This document shows positions 48,466 to 58,484 of a DNA stretch of 64,000 nucleotides, piece after piece. Position 1 is the stretch's first letter; each line of letters begins with the position of its first letter. Made by a program: the position numbers and the translations under genes. The stretch is from Longimicrobiales bacterium. Lineage in GTDB: Bacteria > Gemmatimonadota > Gemmatimonadetes > Longimicrobiales > Gaopeijiaceae. The notes beneath the pieces were generated by a model, which was given only the letters and a program-made list of their open reading frames with translations, was not told the DNA's origin and searched no databases. Location of the stretch: contig OZ250165.1 of the NCBI GenBank assembly GCA_965238005.1, positions 4,288,001 through 4,352,000 of the forward strand. Reading direction: 5' to 3'.

Positions 48466-50130
48466 ATGAGACCTCACATCATGATGAAGTACCCATTCCT
48501 GGCTCTGGCGGCCGCGGCCGTCCTGGCCCTGGGGACGGCAACTCCGGCCCAAGCACAGGGGCGGGAGGTGGAGCAGGCCCCTGACCGGGCCCGGGGAGAA
48601 GGCCCCTTCGAACGACTCATCATCCGGGGAGTCAACATGATCGACGGCGCCGGGAGCCCGCCTCAGGGCCCGGTGGACATCGTCATCGAGGGGGATCGCA
48701 TTACCCAGATACGGGGCGTCGGCGCCCCCCTCGTGGAGATCGACGAGGCCCGCCGGCCCGGAGGAGCGACCCGGGAGATCGACGCCCACGGCATGTTTGC
48801 CATGCCCGGCTTTGTGGACATCCACATGCACACCGGCGGCGTGCCTAAAGCACCCCAGGCGGAATACATGTACAAGCTCTGGATGGGCCACGGGATCACC
48901 ACCACCCGGGGCGTCGGATACGGCCCCTTCGAGTGGTCGCTGCGGGAGAAGGCGCGCAGCGTGCGGAACGAGATCACCGCGCCCCGGATGTTCGTGTACG
49001 TGCGCCCCGGCTCGGGTGAGGGGTGGACCGGCGGCTCGCTCAACGACCCGGAGACTGCGCGCGCGTGGGTACGCTGGGCCGCCGAGCAGGAGATCGACGG
49101 CGCAAAGGTCGACGGCCTGAAGCTCGGGTCCTACGACCCGGACATCATGGAGGCGCTCATCGACGAGGCCCACAAGTTCGGCCTGGGCACGGTTGCCCAT
49201 CTAGGGCAGACTGGCGTCGCCCGCATGAACGCCCTCGACGCCGCCCGGATCGGACTGGACGCCGTGACTCACTTCTACGGGCTCTTCGAGGCCTTGTACG
49301 ACGATCGTGACGTCCAGCCCTGGCCGGTGGACCAGATCAACAACGACGAGCAGCAACGCTTTGGCGAGGTGGCCAGTCAGTGGAACATGATCCACCCACA
49401 GGGCTCGGACGAGTGGAACGCCCTCATCGACGAGTTCCTGGAGCTGGAATTGATCCTCGACCCGACCATGACGGCGTACGTGGCGACGCGGGACGTGATG
49501 CGGGCCCGCAACGCCGACTGGCACGCCGAATACACGCTCCCGTCGCTCTGGGACTACTACCAGCCGAACCGGGTGAACCACGGCTCCTACTACTACGACT
49601 GGACCACGTGGACCGAGTTGACGTGGAAGAGCTTCTACCGCGTGTGGATGGCCTTCCTGGACGATTACAAGGACGCCGGCGGCCGGGTGACGGTCAGTTC
49701 GGACGCGGGCTTCACCTACAACCTCTTCGGCTTCTCGACCGTCGAGGAGATGGAGCTCCTCCAGGAAGCGGGCTTCCACCCCCTGGAGGTCATCCGGGCC
49801 GCCACCCTGCACGGGGCCGAGGCTATCTTCGAGCCGAAGGGTGAGCGCATCGAGTTCGGGATCCTCCGGCCGGGCATGAAGGCCGACATCGCGATCGTGG
49901 GGGAGAACCCCATCCAGAACCTGAAGGTGCTCTACGGGACCGGGGCGGTCCGGCTCAACGACGAGACGGGCATGGCCGAGCGCGTCGGCGGCGTCCTGTG
50001 GACGATCAAGGACGGCATCGCCTACGACGCAAAGGAGCTCCTGGCCGACGTGCACCGCATGGTCGAGGAGCAGAAGCGGGAGCGGAGAGTCACCACGCTG
50101 CCAGACGTGCCGTGGGCGGGACGAAACTGA
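48466..50130 (+). CDS. Secreted amidohydrolase, paralog 3
   Basis: Signal peptide AQA-Q, PGFVDIHMH and the same motifs. Confidence 0.92.
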   Translation: MRPHIMMKYPFLALAAAAVLALGTATPAQAQGREVEQAPDRARGEGPFERLIIRGVNMIDGAGSPPQGPVDIVIEGDRITQIRGVGAPLVEIDEARRPGGATREIDAHGMFAMPGFVDIHMHTGGVPKAPQAEYMYKLWMGHGITTTRGVGYGPFEWSLREKARSVRNEITAPRMFVYVRPGSGEGWTGGSLNDPETARAWVRWAAEQEIDGAKVDGLKLGSYDPDIMEALIDEAHKFGLGTVAHLGQTGVARMNALDAARIGLDAVTHFYGLFEALYDDRDVQPWPVDQINNDEQQRFGEVASQWNMIHPQGSDEWNALIDEFLELELILDPTMTAYVATRDVMRARNADWHAEYTLPSLWDYYQPNRVNHGSYYYDWTTWTELTWKSFYRVWMAFLDDYKDAGGRVTVSSDAGFTYNLFGFSTVEEMELLQEAGFHPLEVIRAATLHGAEAIFEPKGERIEFGILRPGMKADIAIVGENPIQNLKVLYGTGAVRLNDETGMAERVGGVLWTIKDGIAYDAKELLADVHRMVEEQKRERRVTTLPDVPWAGRN

Positions 50131-50529
50131 CGCCCGCCCGATCTTCCACGATTCGGATGCCCCGAGAATCCGCGTGGATTGAGTTCTTCGGAGCACGCTG
50201 GGCGCACTGAGGAGGCCGAGACGCCCCCCACACTTCGGTCGGTGTGAGGGGCGTCGAGCGTCAGCACTGAGCGCCGGCGTGTATTGGAAGTTGAGCTCCA
50301 GCGTCGGTGGGAGCTGCGCTCCCTGACGACTACCGTGACCCACCTGTGGGTGGCGAGAACCAAATCATTGGTGTTTCACCGGGTGAGATGGGGGGATTGT
50401 CGATGGCGAGTCACGGGGTCGGGCATGTGCACCTCGTAGCCATGTATGCTAGAGGGTCATGATATGGTGTGGTAGGCGTTCGCGCTCATCCAGACGTCCT
50501 CCGAAGAGCGCCCAATCACGGCGGATCTT

Positions 50530-50720
50530 GTGTGCCACCGGTGTGCCAACTCAGCCAAACGGGGCAGACCAGAGAAATGCGGAGCGCAAGACCAACCTCA
50601 CGTAAGTGCCATCCGAGAATACACTTACGGCACTGAGCCAACCTCAACAGAACTCAGCAAAACCGCCCGAATAATGAATGGGGTTCAGGGGGTCGCCGTG
50701 ACGAATCCGTGGTTCGAGAC
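50530..50720 (+). other. att half-site: arm repeats plus degenerate tRNA-Pro(GGG) 3' half (50675..50720)
   Basis: GTGTGCCA x2 (50530, 50541), a CGTAAGTG..CACTTACG inverted repeat, then TGAATGGGGTTCAGGGGGTCGCCG-tga-CGAATCCG. Confidence 0.65.
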
Positions 50721-50792
50721 GTTCACGACAATGCCCCCCGGCAGTCATAGCTTCGGGGGGCCTGTCTGCTAGAGACCGAAGGGCAGAACCGG

Positions 50793-51458
50793 CTAGTCGT
50801 CGCGCGGTTGGCGAACGAGTCGGATGTACGGCAGCGGCTGTTCCCAACCATCAGGGAACCTCTCCTTCGCCTCCTCGTCGGAAACCGACGGCGACATGAT
50901 CACGTCGTCGCCCTGCTGCCAGTTCGCGGGCGTGGCGAGCTGCTTCTCAGCCGTGAGCTGACACGAGTCGAGCAACCGGAGGATCTCGGCGAAGTTCCGT
51001 CCCGTGCTCATGGGATACGTCAGCGTCGCCTTGATCCTCTTGTCCGGCCCGATCACGAAGACCGACCGCGCCGTCGCGTTGTCCGCCGGCGTGCGCCCCT
51101 CCGACGTGTCGCCTGCGTCTGCCGGCAGCATGTCGTACACCTTCACGACTTCCAGATTCGGATCGCCGATCAGCGGGTAAGTCACCGCGTGACCCTGCGA
51201 CGCCTCGATGTCCTTCGACCATGCCTGGTGGTCGCTCACACCATCGACGCTGATGCCGATGATCTTGCAGTTCCGGGCCGCGAACTCGCCCTGAAGACCC
51301 GCGACGGCACCGAGCTCCGTGGTGCAGACCGGCGTGAAGTCCTTAGGGTGCGAGAACAGGAGAGCCCAACCGTCACCGATCCAGTCGTGGAAGCTGATCG
51401 TTCCCTGCGTGGTTTCGGCCGTGAAGTCGGGCGCGGTGTCGTTGATGCGTAAAGCCAT
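50793..51458 (-). CDS. 1-Cys peroxiredoxin (Prx6 type)
   Basis: FSHPKDFTPVCTTE, YPMSTGRNF and TPANW. Confidence 0.95.
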   Translation of the reverse strand: MALRINDTAPDFTAETTQGTISFHDWIGDGWALLFSHPKDFTPVCTTELGAVAGLQGEFAARNCKIIGISVDGVSDHQAWSKDIEASQGHAVTYPLIGDPNLEVVKVYDMLPADAGDTSEGRTPADNATARSVFVIGPDKRIKATLTYPMSTGRNFAEILRLLDSCQLTAEKQLATPANWQQGDDVIMSPSVSDEEAKERFPDGWEQPLPYIRLVRQPRDD

Positions 51459-51564
51459 GGGTTCCTCCAATGATCCAATGTGTGGTTTGCTATGCCACTG
51501 AGCGGTGCGGATCGAGAATGCGAACGGGCGAACGCACCTTCGCTCACAGGGCTGGGCGGTGATG

Positions 51565-52494
51565 CTACCCCTTCACGATCGCCGTCGCCACCTGTCTGCC
51601 TGCCTGCCTCGGCGCCACGGGTTTCAGCGTATCACCCTCTGCGGCCTCGCCCTCTACAATGGTGCAGACCGACGACTGCGAGAGCACGCGTGTGACCTCG
51701 ATGACTCCCACCACGTCGGTGATCTGGTCGAGAACCTCGCCCGCGGCGTTGACGATCTCGTCGATCACGCGGTGCACTTCGGAGCGCTGGCCGACCTGCA
51801 CGCCGAAGTTCTCGCCCTGGTCGATGTAGATCGATCCGTCGGCGGCGCTGCCCACGATCACCGGCATCGCCACCGGGGGCGCGGCGACCTCCGTGATCAC
51901 GAACCTGTCCCTCTGGCGCACGAGTGCTTCGACGATGTTGTCCGCGGCCGGGCCGAGGGCTTCCTCCGCGGCGCCCCGGTCCATCGCCGACATGCTGATG
52001 ACCCCGCTCACGTTAACGAGTCGCTTGCTCCCGGAGCCCTCCGTGGCCGTGATGATCTCGCCCGTCTCCGTGCTGAAGGCACGGACGTTCATCTCGCTCT
52101 CGGCTTCCGTGTAGCCGACGTTCCTGCCCAGGACGCGTGTGCCCCTCTCGTCGATGGAGAACCGCGTCACGGAGCCGGTGATCAGATACATGACGCCGGC
52201 GAGTCGACCGATCTCGACAACGTCGCTCGGGTTGACCTGGCCTGAGAGCTGGAAGCCCTGCTCCTCGAGGATCGCTTGCAGCCGCTCGCGCTCGATGACG
52301 GTGAACGCCCCCGAGTTCACGAGCCGCGTTACGATCATGTCGGCGGCCACGTTGCCCATCTCGCCGGCCCACCGGTCGGTCCTGTTGTCGAAGGGGAAGA
52401 CCGCCACTCGCGGCTTGTCCTGGGCGAGAACCGGCCCACCCGCCGAAAGCACGGCTGCGGTGGCGACAATGATTCCTCTGAGCAGCTTGCTCAT
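51565..52494 (-). CDS. CsgG/HfaB-family secreted protein with C-terminal beta domain
   Basis: Signal peptide, RVAVFPF, FTVIERERLQAILEEQ, LITGSVT and IYIDQG. Confidence 0.85.
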   Translation of the reverse strand: MSKLLRGIIVATAAVLSAGGPVLAQDKPRVAVFPFDNRTDRWAGEMGNVAADMIVTRLVNSGAFTVIERERLQAILEEQGFQLSGQVNPSDVVEIGRLAGVMYLITGSVTRFSIDERGTRVLGRNVGYTEAESEMNVRAFSTETGEIITATEGSGSKRLVNVSGVISMSAMDRGAAEEALGPAADNIVEALVRQRDRFVITEVAAPPVAMPVIVGSAADGSIYIDQGENFGVQVGQRSEVHRVIDEIVNAAGEVLDQITDVVGVIEVTRVLSQSSVCTIVEGEAAEGDTLKPVAPRQAGRQVATAIVKG

Positions 52495-52516
52495 GAGTCG
52501 AACCTCCGATGGTTAG

Positions 52517-53995
52517 CTAGTCGCGAAGCGCCCGCACGAGCCAGCCTCTGGCAGCGGTTGCACCCTGTCTGCCGGCTTCCAGGGCGGCCTCGGTCCGGGC
52601 GTCGAGCGCGGTGCGTCCGGGCTTGGCGGGCTCGCCTCCCATGCCAACCCGGAACGCGGCCGAGTTGACGACCTCTCCCGTAGAGACCCGGTACATCCGG
52701 AGCTCGAGCTGCGCGCTGCCGCCGAACATGGGGCCGACGGCCTGAGTGGCGGTCGACTGGAGATCACCGACGATCATGAACTCCGCCCCGTACCGCCGCC
52801 CGAGGCTCGCGAGGGATGCGAAGTCACCCTCGAGCGCCGACCGTACGGCCGGCTCGTCCTCCCGGATGAGCGCCAGGCTGCTGGCGTCCATCACCCTCAC
52901 CTCCCGGCGGCTCCTCAGCGAGCGGAGGATCGATCCCTCCACGAGTCGGGGACCCGGACCGTCGCCGTACACGATGACGAGTAGGCCGTTACGGGGTGCC
53001 TCATCGACGACCCCCTCATCGGGAGTCTCGGCTGCCGTGGTGGGCCTGACCCCGGGCTGCTGGGGCCCAGGGTCGTCGACGGGGGGCGTCTGCGTGTCCG
53101 TGCCGGAGTCGCCACCACCCGCGATGGAGTCGGTCGCCCGCCCGACGTCGGGAAGCGGCTCACTCGCCTGTCCCCCGGCGTCCTCCGCAGGCGAGCTCTG
53201 CTGATCCGTCGCGACGGCGGCCGGCGGGTCGCCGCCTTCCTCGCCCTCCGCCCGTGATCCTTCGCCCACGGTGACGGTTGACGCGACGAAGACCGAGAGG
53301 AGAATGAAGCCGACCACCGAGGTGGCTATTCCCACGGCCACGGCCTTCCGGTGCCAGGCGCTCGTCCGCTTGGGCGGTCGGTCGGAGGCGGCCGCCGCTG
53401 CGGCGCCGGCGAGGGCCGACTCGGGCACCGCGACCGTCTCTCCCGGACGGGCGAGCACGTAGAGCGTGGCTGGCTTGTCGACGCCCTTGAGCGAGTGCTG
53501 ACCGATGGACTGCGGGTCGTACTTGGACCGGTTGCGGATCAACCGATACACTTCTTCACTCACTACGATCTGGTCTGCGGTCGCGACGCCCTCGATGCGG
53601 GCGGCCACGTTGACGCCGTCGCCGTACACGTCTCCGTCTTCGGCCTCGACGACCTCACCGACGTGGACGCCGACGCTCAGGCTACAGTCGTGTGAGCGTA
53701 CGACTTCCAAGCCGTCGAAGGCCTCACGGAGCGCGATCGCGCTCTCGAGGGCTCGGTTGGTCGAGTCGAAGACGGCGAGAGCGCCGTCCCCGAGGAACTT
53801 CACGACCCGGCCCTTGCCCCCGACAGCTTCATGGACGAGCCGCTGGAACTCGTCCACTATCGCCAGCGCCGCGTCCTCGTCCCGGTTGGAGAGGGCCGTG
53901 TAGCCGACGATGTCGGCGAACCAGACGGCGGCGAGGCGCCGTGTGCGATCCCGTGCCACGTCTACGAAGTTAAGGCCATATGGTCGCTCATGCAT
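52517..53995 (-). CDS. Class III cyclase - TM - low-complexity linker - extracytoplasmic domain
   Basis: FADIVGYT, VKFLGDG, DVYGDGVNVAARIE, LKGV, one TM helix and a Pro/Asp-rich linker. Confidence 0.88.
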   Translation of the reverse strand: MHERPYGLNFVDVARDRTRRLAAVWFADIVGYTALSNRDEDAALAIVDEFQRLVHEAVGGKGRVVKFLGDGALAVFDSTNRALESAIALREAFDGLEVVRSHDCSLSVGVHVGEVVEAEDGDVYGDGVNVAARIEGVATADQIVVSEEVYRLIRNRSKYDPQSIGQHSLKGVDKPATLYVLARPGETVAVPESALAGAAAAAASDRPPKRTSAWHRKAVAVGIATSVVGFILLSVFVASTVTVGEGSRAEGEEGGDPPAAVATDQQSSPAEDAGGQASEPLPDVGRATDSIAGGGDSGTDTQTPPVDDPGPQQPGVRPTTAAETPDEGVVDEAPRNGLLVIVYGDGPGPRLVEGSILRSLRSRREVRVMDASSLALIREDEPAVRSALEGDFASLASLGRRYGAEFMIVGDLQSTATQAVGPMFGGSAQLELRMYRVSTGEVVNSAAFRVGMGGEPAKPGRTALDARTEAALEAGRQGATAARGWLVRALRD

Positions 53996-54204
53996 CTCCT
54001 CGGATCAGACCGAGGTCAAGATCCTATGCGCGGGCTGGTAGGCGTAAGCAGAATCCTGTCAGAACGCTTGCAAGTGCTCGGAACCCCCGGAGGTGGCGGC
54101 CCAAGACCCTTTTCCGCTCTGGCGTGAAGACGTCGTCACCCCGTTCATGTTGACCGCTTTGGTCCGGCCTCTCACCTTATCCCCACCCGTAAAAGGGTTT
54201 TTGT

Positions 54205-54233
54205 TTTGCCGGTTCTTGGCGGAAGGGTAGAAT
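54205..54233 (+). promoter_or_regulatory. Sigma70-like promoter of the S46 peptidase gene
   Basis: TTGCCG-N16-TAGAAT preceded by a T-rich tract. GAGGT RBS before ATG 54249. Confidence 0.5.
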
Positions 54234-54248
54234 CCGACGAGGTGCATC

Positions 54249-56531
54249 ATGGAGTCGATGGGTACTTTGGGTAAGCGTTCGCGTGTCCTGACCTGCCTCG
54301 GCGGGGTTCTCTTCTTGACCGCCTGTGGTGGGGCCGCCACACCGGCGCCCCGGCCGGCACCGGTAGCCGACCCCGATCCGGCGGACCCACCGGCGGAGGT
54401 GGTTGCCGAAGCTCCGCCTCAGACCGCCGAGCCTCAGCCCTTCGTGTACGGGGTGGACCTCGACACGGTCCAGGCCAGCCGCTTCGACCAGGGGAAGATG
54501 TGGACGTTCGAGCTTCCCCCGGTCGGCTACTTCGAGCAGACGTACGGATTCCGTCCGGACGACGCATGGTTCGAGAAGGCCCGACTCGGCTCGCTGCGCC
54601 TCTCGAACTGCTCGGCTTCCTTCGTCTCTCCGAACGGACTCGTCCTGACCAACCACCACTGCGCGCGCGAGTTCGTCTCGCAGGTCTCGGGCGACGGGGA
54701 GTCGCTTCTCGACGACGGCCTGGTGACGCGGGACCTCGCCGACGAGCGGTCCCTGGAGGACTTCCAGGCCGACCAGCTCGTCGACATCGTCGACGCCACC
54801 GACGAGGTGAACTCGACGCTCGACGCGCTTCCCACCGCGCAGCGGGTGGAGCGGCGAGAGAGCCTCCTCGAAGAGATCGAGGCGCGCATCTTGGAGGAGC
54901 TGGGTGGTGAGGACTCCGGGCACGTGGTCGAGATGATCTCGCTGTACAACGGCGGGCGCACGTCCGCGTATGTCTTCCGCCGCTACACGAACGCGAAGCT
55001 CGTCTTCGTCCCCGAGCTGCAGATCGGATTCTTCGGTGGCGACCCCGACAACTTCACCTACCCCCGCTACAACCTCGACTTCTCCTTCTTCCGCATTTAC
55101 GACGACGACGGGCGGCCGCTGTCGACCGAGAACTACTTCCAGTTCGACGACGACGGTCTGGAGGAGGGCGATCCCATCTTCATCGTCGGCAATCCCGGCT
55201 CGACCAGCCGACTCCAGACCGTGGCCGAGCTCGAGTTCCGCCGAGACGTGAGCGACCGCGCGATCCTCGACCTGCTGCGCTCCCGGATGGAGGCCCTCGA
55301 CTCATACATCAACGAGTTTCCGGAGGACGCCGAGGAGCGAGATCTCAGGAATACGTATTTCAGCCTGTCGAACTCTTTGAAGGCGTATACGGGGCAAGTG
55401 CGCGGCCTCGAGGACCCGATCATCATCGCGCGCCGCAAGGACACCGAGCGGGACTTCCAGGCGGCGATCGACGCCGATCCGGCGCTCTCTGGCCGTTACG
55501 GATCGCTGATCGCCGATATGGCTGAGCAACAGGATCAGAAGCGCGCGCAAGCGCCCGGCTTCGGCGCCTTCCTCGCGATGTCGAGTCCCGCTATAGCGTC
55601 GTCGACGCTGCATCGCGCCCTCATCGCCTTTCAGATCCTGAATGCACGACAGAGCGGCGCTCCCGCCGACGCGATCGAAGGCCTCATGGAGCAGCTGCGC
55701 AGCGTCCCGGATCAGGCTTCCGAGCTCGACCAGGCGTTCGTCGAGGCACGGTTCCACGACTTCACGCACTCCTACGGTGACAGCTCACCGCTCTCCACGG
55801 CGGTGCTGCAGGGCATGAGCGTCGAGGCCCGAGCCGCTGCCGTGGTCAGTGGGTCGCAGCTCCAAGACTCGGCGGCCGCGGTCGCCGCGATCGAGAACAA
55901 CACGTTGACCATGGCCGACCCCGCGCTCGGGATCGTGGGCGCCTATCTGCCTACCTTCTCCCAGTTCCAGCAGATCGTCGCGTCTGTCTTCCCGCAGGAG
56001 GAGGAGATCGCTGCCGAGCTGGGTCGGGCCCGCTTCGAGATCTACGGGATCGATGAGCCGCCCGACGCGACCTTCTCGCTCAGGATCGCCGACGGGGTCG
56101 TGACCGGATACGACTACAACGGCACGCGGGCGCCGGCGTTCACCACGATCTACGGCTTGTACGACCGCCACTTCTCGCACGCGGGTGACGATGACTGGGC
56201 ACTCCCGGACCGCTGGCTGGACGCGCGGGAGACGCTCGATCTCTCGACGCCGATCAACTTCGTCTCGACGGCCGACATCATCGGCGGCAACTCCGGTTCG
56301 CCGGTTCTGGACCAGGAGCTCGAGGTGGTCGGAGTGGTCTTCGACGGCAACATCGAGAGCCTGCCGGGGGACTACATCTATGTTCCGGAGCTGAACCGGT
56401 CCGTCACGGTCGACGTGCGTGCCATCCTGGAGGCCCTCGACGAGATCTACGACAGCGACAGGTTGGTGCTGGAGCTCACCACGGGTCGACTCGTGGAAAC
56501 CGAGGAGGAGGCCGACCGGGCAGGGCGCTAG
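54249..56531 (+). CDS. S46 dipeptidyl-peptidase family lipoprotein
   Basis: LTAC lipobox, CSASFVS, TNHHC, FGGDPDNFTYPR, PDATFSLR, DIIGGNSGSP and FDGN. Confidence 0.93.
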   Translation: MESMGTLGKRSRVLTCLGGVLFLTACGGAATPAPRPAPVADPDPADPPAEVVAEAPPQTAEPQPFVYGVDLDTVQASRFDQGKMWTFELPPVGYFEQTYGFRPDDAWFEKARLGSLRLSNCSASFVSPNGLVLTNHHCAREFVSQVSGDGESLLDDGLVTRDLADERSLEDFQADQLVDIVDATDEVNSTLDALPTAQRVERRESLLEEIEARILEELGGEDSGHVVEMISLYNGGRTSAYVFRRYTNAKLVFVPELQIGFFGGDPDNFTYPRYNLDFSFFRIYDDDGRPLSTENYFQFDDDGLEEGDPIFIVGNPGSTSRLQTVAELEFRRDVSDRAILDLLRSRMEALDSYINEFPEDAEERDLRNTYFSLSNSLKAYTGQVRGLEDPIIIARRKDTERDFQAAIDADPALSGRYGSLIADMAEQQDQKRAQAPGFGAFLAMSSPAIASSTLHRALIAFQILNARQSGAPADAIEGLMEQLRSVPDQASELDQAFVEARFHDFTHSYGDSSPLSTAVLQGMSVEARAAAVVSGSQLQDSAAAVAAIENNTLTMADPALGIVGAYLPTFSQFQQIVASVFPQEEEIAAELGRARFEIYGIDEPPDATFSLRIADGVVTGYDYNGTRAPAFTTIYGLYDRHFSHAGDDDWALPDRWLDARETLDLSTPINFVSTADIIGGNSGSPVLDQELEVVGVVFDGNIESLPGDYIYVPELNRSVTVDVRAILEALDEIYDSDRLVLELTTGRLVETEEEADRAGR

Positions 56532-56566
56532 CGAGAGAGGGTGTTCGGGACCGGCGATCCGCCGGC

Positions 56567-58342
56567 CTAGAGGGGCCAGAACCAGGGAATCAAGAGCGTG
56601 CCCAAGACCCAGAATATGAGGTTGAGTGGTGCGCCAACACGAACGAAGTCCACGAACCGGTACTGGCCGGGCCCATAGATCATCGTGTTCGTCTGGTAGC
56701 CAACCGGCGTCATGAAGCTCGACGACGCCGCAAACACGACCGCGAACATGAAGGTGCGCGGGTTCGCGTCGATCGAAAGCGCGGTGGTGATCGCGATAGG
56801 GAGTAACAGCGCGACAGTCGCGTTGTTCGACATCACTTCTGTCAGCAACATGGTGATGCCGAAAAATGCAGCAAGCAGCGCAATCGGCCCGAATCCACCG
56901 ACCCCGTCAATCATCCCTCCCGCCAGCATCGTCGAAGCGCCAGTTTTTTCCAATGCGGCGCCCAGCGCAAGCATGCCCGCCAGTAGGAAGAGCACGTTCC
57001 ACTCGATCGCCCCGTAAGCCTCCTCCGTCGAGATGCACCCGCTCAGCACCATCATCAGGGCGCCCGCGGCTGCAGCAGCCACAATCGACAGCATTCCGGT
57101 TGCCGCGATCACAACGACCGAGACCACGATGACGAGCGCTTTGGTGGCCTTGGGCCAGTTGAAACGTGGGATCCCGGCCCTGGACACCAACAGGAACACG
57201 CGCTGCTGGGTGAGATGCTCGATCTGGTCGTTCGGTACGTCGATCAGCAGCGTGTCTCCCGGCATCAGCTTCATGTTCTGAAACTCGCCATGCGTTAGCG
57301 CTCCGTGCTGCCGGACGGCCAGCACGGCGGCTCCGTAATTCTCTCGTAGATGCGACTCGGCGAGGGACGTCCCGGCCAGCGGTGAGCTGGGCCCGACGAC
57401 TGCCTCAACGAGCCTGGTGTCGGTGGACTCGAGGTCCTCGTCACGCCACTTCATGCTCATGCCGAAGGTCACTCCGGCGCGGTCCTTCAGCTCGTTGATC
57501 GTGTGCAGATCCCCCTTGATGCGAAGAACGTCGTGTTCGCGAAGGATGATCTCAGCAGTCGGGCGCAGGGTGTCCTCGCCGCGTAGGATCTGCAGAACTT
57601 CGACGCCCAGCTCTTCGACGAGCGGCGCCGATGCCAGTGACTGGCCGACTGATTTCGATTCCGCCAGTAACACGAGGTCGGTCAGGTAGTCGCCCATACC
57701 GAAGCTCTTCGTCAGATCCCCTTTGCCGCGGTGGTCGGGAACGAGCTTTCTGCCCACCGTCATCATGTAGGCGACTCCGACGGCGAAGAAGATCACGCCG
57801 AGCTTCGTGAACTCGAACATGCCGAAGGCTTCGAGCCCTGCCTGCTCGGCTATCGAGCTCGCCAGGATGTTGGTCGATGTCCCAAGCACGGTGCACATGC
57901 CTCCAAACATGGAAGCGAAGGAGAGGGGCATCAGCAGTTTTGAGGGGCTCGTGTCTGCTCGCCGCGCGACGACGATGACGACAGGGATCAGGATTGCCAC
58001 CGCAGCCGTATTGTTCAGGAAGGATGACAGCACGCCGACACCCACCATCACCAGGAACAGCGTCAGCCCCGAGCTGTGCCGGGCCAGTCTCCCGAGCGCT
58101 CTGCTAACGAAGTTCACCGCGCCGCTCCGGAACATTCCGGCGCTGAGCACGAACATCGCGCCGACCGTGACGGTTGCGGTGTTAGCGAAACCGGCCAACC
58201 CCTCCGCCGGGGTGAGAACGCCGGAGACGAGAAGCGCGATCATGACGAGGATGGCCACGACGTCGGTGGAGAATTTCTCGGTGACAAACAGCACCATCGC
58301 ACAGATCGTCAAGACCAGTACGAAGACGATTTCCCACGTCAC
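56567..58342 (-). CDS. SLC13/CitMHS-family permease with two TrkA_C domains
   Basis: FLNNT, SKLLMPLSF, GTSTN, MSNNAT and TPVGYQTN. Confidence 0.93.
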   Translation of the reverse strand: MTWEIVFVLVLTICAMVLFVTEKFSTDVVAILVMIALLVSGVLTPAEGLAGFANTATVTVGAMFVLSAGMFRSGAVNFVSRALGRLARHSSGLTLFLVMVGVGVLSSFLNNTAAVAILIPVVIVVARRADTSPSKLLMPLSFASMFGGMCTVLGTSTNILASSIAEQAGLEAFGMFEFTKLGVIFFAVGVAYMMTVGRKLVPDHRGKGDLTKSFGMGDYLTDLVLLAESKSVGQSLASAPLVEELGVEVLQILRGEDTLRPTAEIILREHDVLRIKGDLHTINELKDRAGVTFGMSMKWRDEDLESTDTRLVEAVVGPSSPLAGTSLAESHLRENYGAAVLAVRQHGALTHGEFQNMKLMPGDTLLIDVPNDQIEHLTQQRVFLLVSRAGIPRFNWPKATKALVIVVSVVVIAATGMLSIVAAAAAGALMMVLSGCISTEEAYGAIEWNVLFLLAGMLALGAALEKTGASTMLAGGMIDGVGGFGPIALLAAFFGITMLLTEVMSNNATVALLLPIAITTALSIDANPRTFMFAVVFAASSSFMTPVGYQTNTMIYGPGQYRFVDFVRVGAPLNLIFWVLGTLLIPWFWPL

Positions 58343-58484
58343 TTTTGCCCCCTGTGCTCGATGTGTTGCCCGGATGCCGAAGAATACACCGTCGGCGCGC
58401 GCAGTGACGACCCGCTATCATTCGATTTTCCATCGAACCCTGAGGAGCGAGCCCGGTGAAGCTATTCCATTGGCTGGTGTTCGA

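Noticed and set aside
45535..49200. 1221-aa minus-strand ORF with internal repeats
   Set aside because: Antisense shadow of the amidohydrolase paralogs; the repeats simply mirror the duplication.
29527..50720. Functional tRNA genes
   Set aside because: All five matches lack the 5' acceptor strand and D-arm, so they are 3' fragments only.
57807..58484. 226-aa N-terminal extension of SenA
   Set aside because: It overlaps the permease on the opposite strand, and homology starts at about 58485.
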